This document shows, piece by piece, positions 10,323-17,712 of a stretch of 64,000 nucleotides of DNA. This DNA comes from Thermodesulfobacteriota bacterium. Lineage in GTDB: Bacteria; Desulfobacterota_D; UBA1144; Nemesobacterales; Nemesobacteraceae. The stretch spans positions 256,001 to 320,000 of the forward strand of contig OZ241855.1 of NCBI GenBank assembly GCA_965202785.1, read 5' to 3'. Within the stretch, counting starts at the first letter, position 1. Each line of letters begins with the position of its first letter. A program made the position numbers and the translations under genes. Below the pieces are notes generated by a model. That model searched no databases and was not told where the DNA came from. It saw only the letters and a list, made by a program, of their open reading frames with translations.

Positions 10323-10766
10323 ATGGCTACTTTTAACGGGATAGTTGTAGATAATCAGATTATTTTTGTTGTCTGGATCGCTATTTCTGGAGATCCCCAA
10401 GACTGGGAAAATCCTAAGGCATATAGGGCATTGCTAGACACGGGAGCACAAAGAACAATGGTTTCCGGGAAAGTGGTAGAAGAAGTAGGGTTAATTGCAA
10501 GCGGGTTCTTTTCGATTAGTGGCGTGACCGGGGATACCATTACAGCAGATAAGTATAAAGTTAGAATTGATATCCCAATCATGAGAGAGGCAAGAAGTCT
10601 TGGCGGAGGCACTCGCACAGAACCTGTGTTAAGTGGCAAGGACATAGATGTCGCACTGTTTCCCGATTCCTTCAAACCAGAAACTTTTGATGTTTTGCTT
10701 GGAATGGATTTCCTGTACGGGTTTCACTTAACCATATTTGCAGATACATTCATCCTTAGCAATTAG
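10323..10766 (+). CDS. Retropepsin-like (clan AA) aspartyl protease
   Basis: ALLDTGA catalytic motif and LLGMDFL C-terminal motif; single domain. Confidence 0.88.
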   Translation: MATFNGIVVDNQIIFVVWIAISGDPQDWENPKAYRALLDTGAQRTMVSGKVVEEVGLIASGFFSISGVTGDTITADKYKVRIDIPIMREARSLGGGTRTEPVLSGKDIDVALFPDSFKPETFDVLLGMDFLYGFHLTIFADTFILSN

Positions 10767-10832
10767 TCTGAATGTTAGTCAAGATTTGCGGGCGCGGTGA
10801 AAAAAGTCGTGGGAAAATGTGGAAAAATTGAG

Positions 10833-10892
10833 CCGCTCCATGAAGTCATAAAAACTGATTCTTTCTCTTTTCGATTTGGGTTTCTGTCCCAC
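10833..10892 (-). pseudogene. Possible N-terminal remnant of an IS1595-family transposase
   Basis: GTG-started frame just inside the TIR reads GQKPKSKRERISFYDFMER, resembling IS1595 transposase N-termini; very short. Confidence 0.35.
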
Positions 10893-10951
10893 TGTTTTCA
10901 GAGGCTTTGCCAAGTTAAATACATAATTCCCCTAAAAATATAATAGAGTCT

Positions 10952-11422
10952 CTAAGATTGATCTTCCGAATCCGACCCTCTCGTCACTTTCCGATGAGAT
11001 TCTCGGGAGGAAATCAACACGCGGTTGATGATAGTCGACGGGTGTTCATCACCTTCCAACACGAAACCTTTAGCTTTAAGTTCCCGCGAGACGCGCTCGT
11101 TGTGTTCCCAGAATTCATTCTCAAGCCGCTTGTTCTCTTCGGGGTCGTCTGAAACTCTCCGCATGCTGCAATATGAATCGAGGCTTCTGGAACTGCCGTC
11201 GGCATACAAACGGACATGCCTGTCGTTCGTCATGCGATGAGAGGCGTAATAATCAAGATAGTCGCCAGTTTCGTCCGTTCCAAACAGATACCAGATAGTC
11301 CATCCGCTCTTGACTATCTTCCCTTTTTGTCGATTTTTGACGGCTTCTTCCGGGAGCTCGATACTCCAGGTCTCAAAAGACCTGTTGAAATTCACAATAT
11401 GCTGGTCCACAGAGCTACTCAT
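10952..11422 (-). CDS. Hypothetical protein
   Basis: 156-aa ORF with protein-like composition and a YYASHRMTNDRH motif. Confidence 0.7.
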   Translation of the reverse strand: MSSSVDQHIVNFNRSFETWSIELPEEAVKNRQKGKIVKSGWTIWYLFGTDETGDYLDYYASHRMTNDRHVRLYADGSSRSLDSYCSMRRVSDDPEENKRLENEFWEHNERVSRELKAKGFVLEGDEHPSTIINRVLISSRESHRKVTRGSDSEDQS

Positions 11423-11443
11423 CTAGCTTTTTTCTTTCACGTA

Positions 11444-11614
11444 TTATCCCATTTCTTCCCTTTCCAAGTGTCTTTCAAGGAATTCTATTGTCCGCAACGT
11501 AAGTTCCGCTTTCTCATCAAGCCCTTCAAGTCTTTCCTCCTTCATTTTTGCGTTGAGCAGCCTGTACAGATGTCCATATATATCCGAAGGGGTCTTTATC
11601 TTCTGTTCCTGCAT
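11444..11614 (-). CDS. Small helical hypothetical protein
   Basis: GGGAGG RBS before the ATG at 11614 (MQEQKIK...). Confidence 0.55.
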   Translation of the reverse strand: MQEQKIKTPSDIYGHLYRLLNAKMKEERLEGLDEKAELTLRTIEFLERHLEREEMG

Positions 11615-11685
11615 ATTATATTCCTCCCTAGAGCAATATGAGTTTAACCGACCGGATACTCCCATTTAGAAGTATGTGGTGCAAT

Positions 11686-12396
11686 TTATCCACACACATC
11701 TTTTTTGAGCAGGCCTACATACTTGTCGGCAAGCCTTGTAGGTTCGGGAACCCTAAGACCTCGGGAACACTCAAGGGCAATTGCAACTGAGGTATCGAGA
11801 TCAACTCTGTTCCCAATAGACACGAAAACCGGCTTCACACCGTCTCTGGTTCTTAAAGCGGCACCAACAACTTCGCCGTCCCTTCCCCTCATTAGTGTTC
11901 TTTCACCCTTATTAAGTCCTGGTTCACTGAAAGTCCCATAGAGGCATTTTTTCGCAACACCCATCGCCGGAATATCAAGCAAAACCCCGACGTGACAGGC
12001 AAGTCCAAAGCCTCTTGGGTGAGCAAGTCCGTGTCCGTCCACCATAATCATGTCACAGCGCTCACTAAGCTTACCGAAGGTGTCGATGACGCAAGGAGCT
12101 TCTCTGAAACCCAGAAGCCCCGGAATATAGGGGAATACTTCGTCCGATACGGTCCATACCCTTTCGATCTCTTCTAGTTTGGGGTAGGAAAAAAGAATTA
12201 TTCCGCAGACAAGCTTTTTTTCCTTAACGCAGATAGAGATATCGGCACCGGCAATTGTGTGAATAGGCTTCGGGTCAGGGGTTTTTACAACTCTTTGCGA
12301 AAGCTCTTTCTGAATGCGAAAACCTTCTCTTACAGGAGGAGGCTTTGCGGAGTAAAGTATTTCAAGGTCTTTTATCAAGTCGCCCTTGTGGTGCAT
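11686..12396 (-). CDS. nfi: Endonuclease V (deoxyinosine 3' endonuclease)
   Basis: AGAD, FPYIPGLLGFRE wedge, VDGHGLAHPRGFGLACH, PEPTRLAD. Confidence 0.95.
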   Translation of the reverse strand: MHHKGDLIKDLEILYSAKPPPVREGFRIQKELSQRVVKTPDPKPIHTIAGADISICVKEKKLVCGIILFSYPKLEEIERVWTVSDEVFPYIPGLLGFREAPCVIDTFGKLSERCDMIMVDGHGLAHPRGFGLACHVGVLLDIPAMGVAKKCLYGTFSEPGLNKGERTLMRGRDGEVVGAALRTRDGVKPVFVSIGNRVDLDTSVAIALECSRGLRVPEPTRLADKYVGLLKKDVCG

Positions 12397-12414
12397 GAAA
12401 ACAGAATACCTGCA

Positions 12415-13290
12415 CTAAAGCTGACAGTGGGCACACGCACTACCTATAGGTATTCGATTACCTGACTTCTCGCAATGACTGCAACCGTACTTGCCGTAGA
12501 ACCATAGTGCAGGATCAAGTGCAGCACTTGTTCCTGCAATCCGGGGCGGTCCTCCTATATCGGTCTTGGCAACTGCATTGTGGCAGGCGTTTTGGATTAT
12601 CGGTTTTGCTTCTCTAAGCCTAAGCCCCCGTGTGTCCGCAATGCCCAGATTCTCTGTCGTACGACGAACCTGAACATCTACCGCTACCGGGACTGCCTCC
12701 ATGCGGGTTACCTTGGCCCCACCCGGGTTCACCATGATCCGAATCCACATCGGTCCAATCTTCTGACCGCGAAGAAATGGAAATTTGGACCGACCCATGC
12801 TGTCTTTACTTTTGAGTGCCGTGAGCAGTTCCTCCGCGTCTCCAAGGCCACGGTTTATTACGCGGCGTATCGAACTATCCTCGGAAACTAAATTAGTAGC
12901 AATAGTACGCCAAGCTTGTGAGTCCGGTCCGTGGCGCTGGCTTACCCCACTTTCAGACAGCCTTAATCTGAGTGTAGAAAGGGTAATCTTTGTTACTTCA
13001 GCAGGATCGAAAAGTTCCGAATGCGATCTAAAAAGTTCCGCCGCGACCCGCCACAGGCGATTTGCATCTCTTGCACGGTCCATTGCCGAAACGAAGGTCA
13101 GAAACAAACGCACGGTACGGTCAGATGCACCGGAAGCACGCATCTCCTGTACAAATTCAACCTCTGGCATTTGCGACCATGGATCATATGACGTTATGCC
13201 TCTCTGGGATAAATCAAGTTGACCGCCGTAGAAGTCACTGGAAATCATTTTGACTATTCGTACCGTATCAGACATTTCCGAGGTTCCCAA
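12415..13290 (-). CDS. Helix-hairpin-helix DNA glycosylase/lyase-like protein with C-terminal CxxC-x12-CxxC
   Basis: FPFLRGQKIG (HhH Lys), PVAVDVQV (Asp), LDPALWFYG; GGAGG RBS before TTG at 13290. Confidence 0.7.
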   Translation of the reverse strand: MGTSEMSDTVRIVKMISSDFYGGQLDLSQRGITSYDPWSQMPEVEFVQEMRASGASDRTVRLFLTFVSAMDRARDANRLWRVAAELFRSHSELFDPAEVTKITLSTLRLRLSESGVSQRHGPDSQAWRTIATNLVSEDSSIRRVINRGLGDAEELLTALKSKDSMGRSKFPFLRGQKIGPMWIRIMVNPGGAKVTRMEAVPVAVDVQVRRTTENLGIADTRGLRLREAKPIIQNACHNAVAKTDIGGPPRIAGTSAALDPALWFYGKYGCSHCEKSGNRIPIGSACAHCQL

Positions 13291-13307
13291 AACAGCCTCC
13301 GTCACTT

Positions 13308-13748
13308 TTATAAGGAATCTGTATTCAATATTTCTTTGTACCACTTAAGCTGGAAACCGAAAGTGTAGTGCGCAAGCGGACGACGGACTAAAGCACCAGC
13401 ATCCCTCAACCTCTCTTCTAAACCGAATTTAACATAACGTTCACCTGCGTGAATCTCGATTACTTTTCCTTTTAACATCGATTCCTTGGCCATCAACTCA
13501 TCAAAGACTTGCTTAGACCATTCGCGACATGTCGCTACCGGAAAATTGTTAAGTGTTAAGTTATATGGCTTTATTTCGTCGTCGGGAACCAGTAATCCAT
13601 ACTTGGCACTGAGTATATACCAAGAGCAACCTAGTTTCTCCGCGTAAGCTCGCCGGAAACTCCAAAGTGATGATATATATAGATCCTTGGCAAGGCTTTT
13701 ATAATCACGTTTCTTCTTGACACAACCAACCAGAAGGATTCGAATCAT
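13308..13748 (-). CDS. DUF6884-like protein (original 5' end displaced by an insertion)
   Basis: LVGCVKKK, AKDLY.S, YILSAKYGL, PYNLTL, PL...FG.Q motifs. Confidence 0.8.
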   Translation of the reverse strand: MIRILLVGCVKKKRDYKSLAKDLYISSLWSFRRAYAEKLGCSWYILSAKYGLLVPDDEIKPYNLTLNNFPVATCREWSKQVFDELMAKESMLKGKVIEIHAGERYVKFGLEERLRDAGALVRRPLAHYTFGFQLKWYKEILNTDSL

Positions 13749-13923
13749 CCTATTCTTAGGGAATTATTAACTTTACTTGACAAGTATTCTGCGAATCTGT
13801 TACCCATTTTAAGAGAAAACCATGAGAAGGTTTATTGTGTTCACTTCGGGGGCTGTTCTTTTTTTAGGGAATTACCAGCTTAACTCGGTAATCCCCTTTT
13901 TTTCGTCCAGATTTTTTCAATTG

Positions 13924-14211
13924 ATGAGAAAGATACTAGTTCTTAGCCTGCTGTTTGCATTGCTGGTTGTTCCAGCAAGCACGCAGGAACTTCCAAAAGA
14001 CCAAAAAGCATATGTTTTAGCAATTCAGTCTTTTGGGTGGAAATGCAACCAAGTCAAAAATTGGAAAGGGGAAAGAATTGCCGCACAGCATAGCGTTATC
14101 AAAATCACATGCGACTGGGGTCGGGCATACTATCTGAGAAATGTATTTGTTCCTGGAGAAGGTTATCATATGACTTTTTGCTACAAAGGCAATTGTAAGA
14201 GATTTGAGTGA
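13924..14211 (+). CDS. Small secreted protein with four Cys
   Basis: Signal peptide MRKILVLSLLFALLVVPASTQ from the ATG at 13924. Confidence 0.65.
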   Translation: MRKILVLSLLFALLVVPASTQELPKDQKAYVLAIQSFGWKCNQVKNWKGERIAAQHSVIKITCDWGRAYYLRNVFVPGEGYHMTFCYKGNCKRFE

Positions 14212-14251
14212 TTTTGCAAGCCCCTAACTACTTATTGCGTTTTTTTATTCA

Positions 14252-15094
14252 TTAATCGTCAAATGGGCTAAAAAAAGTTACCCCAATGCTTCGGTAACCT
14301 TCACCAGGATCAAGCTTCTGGATTTCTTCTCTCTTGTCAATAACCGGCGGCTCAAGGCTGTCAATATCTTTTGAAACCCCCCACTGCTGTTCTTCCCCCC
14401 GATAAAGAGCTAAGTCATATTGTCCTAGATGATCTGGCCCATATAGAATTTCCACCCGGTCTCCGAGTTTGTCGCAATTCTCAGAATTTATTCTGACGTA
14501 TAACCAACGCCAATATTTCTCATAACGATCCCGTCGCAGCCGGCGACTGCAAGTGGATTGATAGGGGTCCAGTTTGGCGTTGTTTGCAGACTTTATAGCC
14601 TGGATGCAACCGAGTATGATTTCATGCATGAACTCTATGCTGATTCGCGGCATCTTCTGACTTCGTTTTTTCTCAATGAGGAAGTACCGCCAGTCGAAAG
14701 AACCTATATTCTTATCGCCATCAAGATTCGCAAGGAAGTCATCCAGGGAACTGAATGGGAATATTTCTTTCCTAACGCCTAAGAAGAAAAGACTGTCCCT
14801 ATAGTCGTTATAATATTCTCTGAGAATCGCCTTGTCCTCCTCTTTGAATAATTCAAAGAGAGGATGTAGAGAGTGTTTCTTCTGGACTTCTTCCCCTCGG
14901 GCATGCAGGAGTCCCTTGAATGCCTGCTCCATAAGGAAGTAGGCGGTTACAATGTAGCTCCACCACTGCGTAGCTTCGTAGTCTGGCAGTAAGTCCGGGT
15001 TTACCGGGCATTTCTCGTACTTTTCCTTTTCTTTCTTTAAAGCGAACTTCAGCCATAGGCTGATAGTTGAGGGGTCCTTAAAATCGATTGACAT
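14252..15094 (-). CDS. HEPN-like domain protein
   Basis: EQAFKGLL...KKHSLHPLF and later WRY, resembling HEPN folds. Confidence 0.6.
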   Translation of the reverse strand: MSIDFKDPSTISLWLKFALKKEKEKYEKCPVNPDLLPDYEATQWWSYIVTAYFLMEQAFKGLLHARGEEVQKKHSLHPLFELFKEEDKAILREYYNDYRDSLFFLGVRKEIFPFSSLDDFLANLDGDKNIGSFDWRYFLIEKKRSQKMPRISIEFMHEIILGCIQAIKSANNAKLDPYQSTCSRRLRRDRYEKYWRWLYVRINSENCDKLGDRVEILYGPDHLGQYDLALYRGEEQQWGVSKDIDSLEPPVIDKREEIQKLDPGEGYRSIGVTFFSPFDD

Positions 15095-15216
15095 GAGAGA
15101 TCACCTGCCCCGCCAATAAAGATAAACAAGGTTAGTTTGATTAGCAAGGCAACCTCTGATAGAATAACCTCGTTGACATTTGTGCGAACCCGCCCTATGA
15201 AACTCAATCACATATA

Positions 15217-15594
15217 TTGCGGAAGGAGGAATACATGCAGATTAAAAAAGTTTGGCTTGTCGCAGGGATAATCCTCGCCCTTGTCGGCATACCAGGCGTT
15301 CTTGAGGATTTACAAAGTTGGGAGTACCTGCTTTCAAGACTCGGAACGTGGCAACTATGGAATTATCTTTTGCTTTTGGGTGGGATCAGTGTATCTGTCT
15401 GGTCTCTACTGCCGGTTTTTTATCGGCAACAAAGACCGCTCTCAAGAAAGAAAGACAGGTGGACGAAACTGGTAGAGAAACTTGAACCTGACCAGATCCT
15501 CGAACTTGAAAAAGATAGGAGCCAGAATCATATGGGCTACTTTGTTTGTACCCTAGTCTCCGCCTTGATCCTTGTAGGAATCTTGAGTTGTTAA
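15217..15594 (+). CDS. Small membrane protein (about 3 TMs; start probably 15235)
   Basis: AGGAGG RBS before the ATG at 15235; hydrophobic segments. Confidence 0.6.
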   Translation: MRKEEYMQIKKVWLVAGIILALVGIPGVLEDLQSWEYLLSRLGTWQLWNYLLLLGGISVSVWSLLPVFYRQQRPLSRKKDRWTKLVEKLEPDQILELEKDRSQNHMGYFVCTLVSALILVGILSC

Positions 15595-15813
15595 CAGTGA
15601 GCCCAACGCTTTTGATATTCTTCTGTCAATTTGGGTCATAAGAACTAGGACTCTGGTTAGCGTAGGTGTTACCTCAACCTCTTTGCCTTGGACGTTCCTG
15701 AAGAATCTTAGATAGCCCTCATATTGCTCTATACGCAAATCTCCTTCATTCAACATTAGACCGTTCCTCCTAACTGATAACAATTCCAAAGCGTGCGTGA
15801 TATTCACTAGCAT
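15553..15813 (-). CDS. Hypothetical protein
   Basis: 86-aa ORF only; its 3' end overlaps the convergent gene. Confidence 0.35.
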   Translation of the reverse strand: MLVNITHALELLSVRRNGLMLNEGDLRIEQYEGYLRFFRNVQGKEVEVTPTLTRVLVLMTQIDRRISKALGSLLTTQDSYKDQGGD

Positions 15814-16001
15814 TTTATCACATTGTCTAAATAGTCAAGGTAACTTTTTTACCATTATATGTCATAGAGCACCTCTGCCAAGTATTCTTAGTAATTCCCT
15901 ATTCTTATTCGGCATAATCCCTCCCCCAGAAGTTTTTTGGATAGTTATACAGTTGGCAAACTAATGTAACACCTTAAAGTCCCTTTAAGGATTCAAGACG
16001 G

Positions 16002-16334
16002 TTACCGGGACACGCTTCTCTCCAAAACATGCACAATCCAACTGTTCAGACTCATTTTACTTTCTTCCGCAGCAACAACTATGCGTTTGTGTAGATCAGA
16101 ACCAAGTCTAACATTGAGCTTGCCCGAGAAAGGCTTTACAGGTTCTAATCCGTCTTCTTCGCAAGAAGCAATATACTCATCAATCGAACGATGAAACTCT
16201 TCCCGAATTCCCTCAACATCAGTTGCTTCAAAAGTGGCAATCGGATAACTGCCGCTGTTAATAACTCTTCCGTGAAGACACCCTACGGAATCGTCAAATT
16301 CGACCACGGCAATGTACCCCTTGTACTCAATCAT
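16002..16334 (-). CDS. hicB: HicB family antitoxin (RHH C-terminus)
   Basis: YKGY, SIDEY.ASC, KPFSGKLNVRL, SLNSW. Confidence 0.9.
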   Translation of the reverse strand: MIEYKGYIAVVEFDDSVGCLHGRVINSGSYPIATFEATDVEGIREEFHRSIDEYIASCEEDGLEPVKPFSGKLNVRLGSDLHKRIVVAAEESKMSLNSWIVHVLERSVSR

Positions 16335-16375
16335 GGCTTCATTCCTTCAGCTTTGAGGAAAGCAGTTACATCTGG
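16331..16375 (-). pseudogene. 3' remnant of hicA toxin
   Basis: Frame reads DVTAFLKAEGMKP* with its TGA overlapping the hicB ATG (ATGA); no start, in-frame stop just upstream. Confidence 0.55.
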
Positions 16376-16397
16376 TTAGAATAGAATATACGAAAAT

Positions 16398-17270
16398 ATG
16401 TTCGGCAAAAACTTCAAAAAGCAAAAAATACGGACTACCGAAGCTGAGATAAACACCGTTTGGGGAGGAAAGGGAGAACCTATCCTTCTACTCCACGGTT
16501 ACCCGCAAACCCACGTCATGTGGCACGCGGTAGCACGCTCACTTGCCTCGAACTTTCTGGTCGTGTGTCCAGATCTCCGTGGCTATGGAGACAGCTCCAA
16601 GCCTGCCGGAAAAAAAGATCACTCAAACTATTCAAAAAGAGCCATGGCCGCGGATATGGTCTCGGTAATGAAAGCTCTGGGTTTTCATGAATTCTACGCA
16701 GCGGGACACGACAGAGGAGGCAGGGTGCTTCACCGCATGTGCCTCGATCACCCTGAAAAAGTCCTAAAGGTCTGCGTCATGGATATAGCCCCTACCCACC
16801 ACATGTTCAAGACCGCGGACAAGCACTTTTCCACGGGCTACTATCACTGGTTTTTTCTTATCCAACCCGACGGACTTCCGGAAAAAATGATAGGGGCTGA
16901 TCCAGAGTACTACCTTCTTGAAAAGCTCAGACGCTGGAGCGCCCCCGGTGCGAAATTTGATTCCAAGGCAGTAAAAGAGTACGTGCGCTGTTTCAGCGAC
17001 CCGCTCGCAATCCACGCAAGCTGCGAGGACTACAGGGCTGCGGCCTCCATAGATATTGCTCACGACGAAGAAGATATGGATGCCAAGATAACGTGTCCGC
17101 TTCTTGCCCTTTGGGGTGGAAGGGGGTTCATTCACAAAACCTACGACGTGCTTGACGTATGGAGAAAAAAAGCGCTCAGCGTTTCGGGAAAACCGCTTGA
17201 CTGCGGCCATTTTCTCCCTGAAGAAAAACCCCAGGAGACCTCCGCGGAACTGCTGTCGTTTTTTGGATAA
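16398..17270 (+). CDS. Haloacetate/fluoroacetate dehalogenase-like alpha/beta hydrolase
   Basis: LHGYPQT, GHDRGGRV (Asp nucleophile, two Arg), YYHW, EDYRA, CGHF. Confidence 0.85.
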   Translation: MFGKNFKKQKIRTTEAEINTVWGGKGEPILLLHGYPQTHVMWHAVARSLASNFLVVCPDLRGYGDSSKPAGKKDHSNYSKRAMAADMVSVMKALGFHEFYAAGHDRGGRVLHRMCLDHPEKVLKVCVMDIAPTHHMFKTADKHFSTGYYHWFFLIQPDGLPEKMIGADPEYYLLEKLRRWSAPGAKFDSKAVKEYVRCFSDPLAIHASCEDYRAAASIDIAHDEEDMDAKITCPLLALWGGRGFIHKTYDVLDVWRKKALSVSGKPLDCGHFLPEEKPQETSAELLSFFG

Positions 17271-17403
17271 CGGAATTTCCCGAAGCATTCCAAGTACTGC
17301 CCCTCCTATCCGAGAAAGTTTCGGGAGCAAAAAAAAGCCGTAGAATCTTTTGCTAAATATTATTCGTGGTTCAACCGTTTTACATCAAGCTCGTGTCAGC
17401 ACT

Positions 17404-17450
17404 GGCATATCTTGTCATATGCCGCTATGTGGTATATACTGTCATATACC
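17404..17450. promoter_or_regulatory. Tandem palindromic operator of vapBC
   Basis: GGCATAT-N6-ATATGCC (17404-17423) and GGTATAT-N6-ATATACC (17431-17450). Confidence 0.75.
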
Positions 17451-17466
17451 AATACAGGAGGTGGCC

Positions 17467-17712
17467 ATGCACATCGCAAAAATTTTTAAGAACGGCCGTA
17501 GCCAAGCTGTCCGTATACCGAAAGATTTCGCCTACGAAGGCGTAACGGAACTGACTGTCCAGAAGGTCGGCGAAAAGCTGATCCTAGAGCCGGTGCGCAA
17601 ATCCTGGCTAACCCTATATGACGAGATCGAGCCGCTAGGAGCAGATGATGATTTTCTGGCTGACCGCCCTGACTTGTTCGCTATTGACGAAAACAGGGTG
17701 AAGTTTAAATGA
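17467..17712 (+). CDS. vapB: VapB antitoxin (AbrB/MazE type)
   Basis: KIFKNGRSQAVRIPK; AGGAGG RBS before 17467. Confidence 0.92.
   Translation: MHIAKIFKNGRSQAVRIPKDFAYEGVTELTVQKVGEKLILEPVRKSWLTLYDEIEPLGADDDFLADRPDLFAIDENRVKFK

Larger units (their letters stand above)
9712..10931. mobile_element. Non-autonomous TIR-bounded cargo cassette 1 (IS1595-like ends, inferred)
   Basis: 24-bp inverted repeats 9712-9735 and 10908-10931 with 22/24 identity; no intact transposase; target duplication not clean. Confidence 0.7.
13759..15899. mobile_element. Non-autonomous TIR-bounded cargo cassette 2 with 8-bp target duplication
   Basis: TIRs 13759-13782 and 15876-15899 (19/24); direct repeat TATTCTTA at 13751-13758 and 15900-15907; no transposase inside. 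Confidence 0.85.

Noticed and set aside
11640-11663. GGATACTCCC as another element end
   Set aside because: Lacks the ACTTG(A/G)CA half, a partner end and a matching duplication
13290-13344. Frameshifted DUF6884-glycosylase fusion
   Set aside because: The overlap disappears with the GGAGG-preceded TTG start at 13290; no slippery site seen
9712-15899. Repeats as integron attC, pdif/Xer sites or CRISPR
   Set aside because: No GTTRRRY cores, no XerC/D arms and no regular spacers; the 8-bp flanking duplication favours transposon ends
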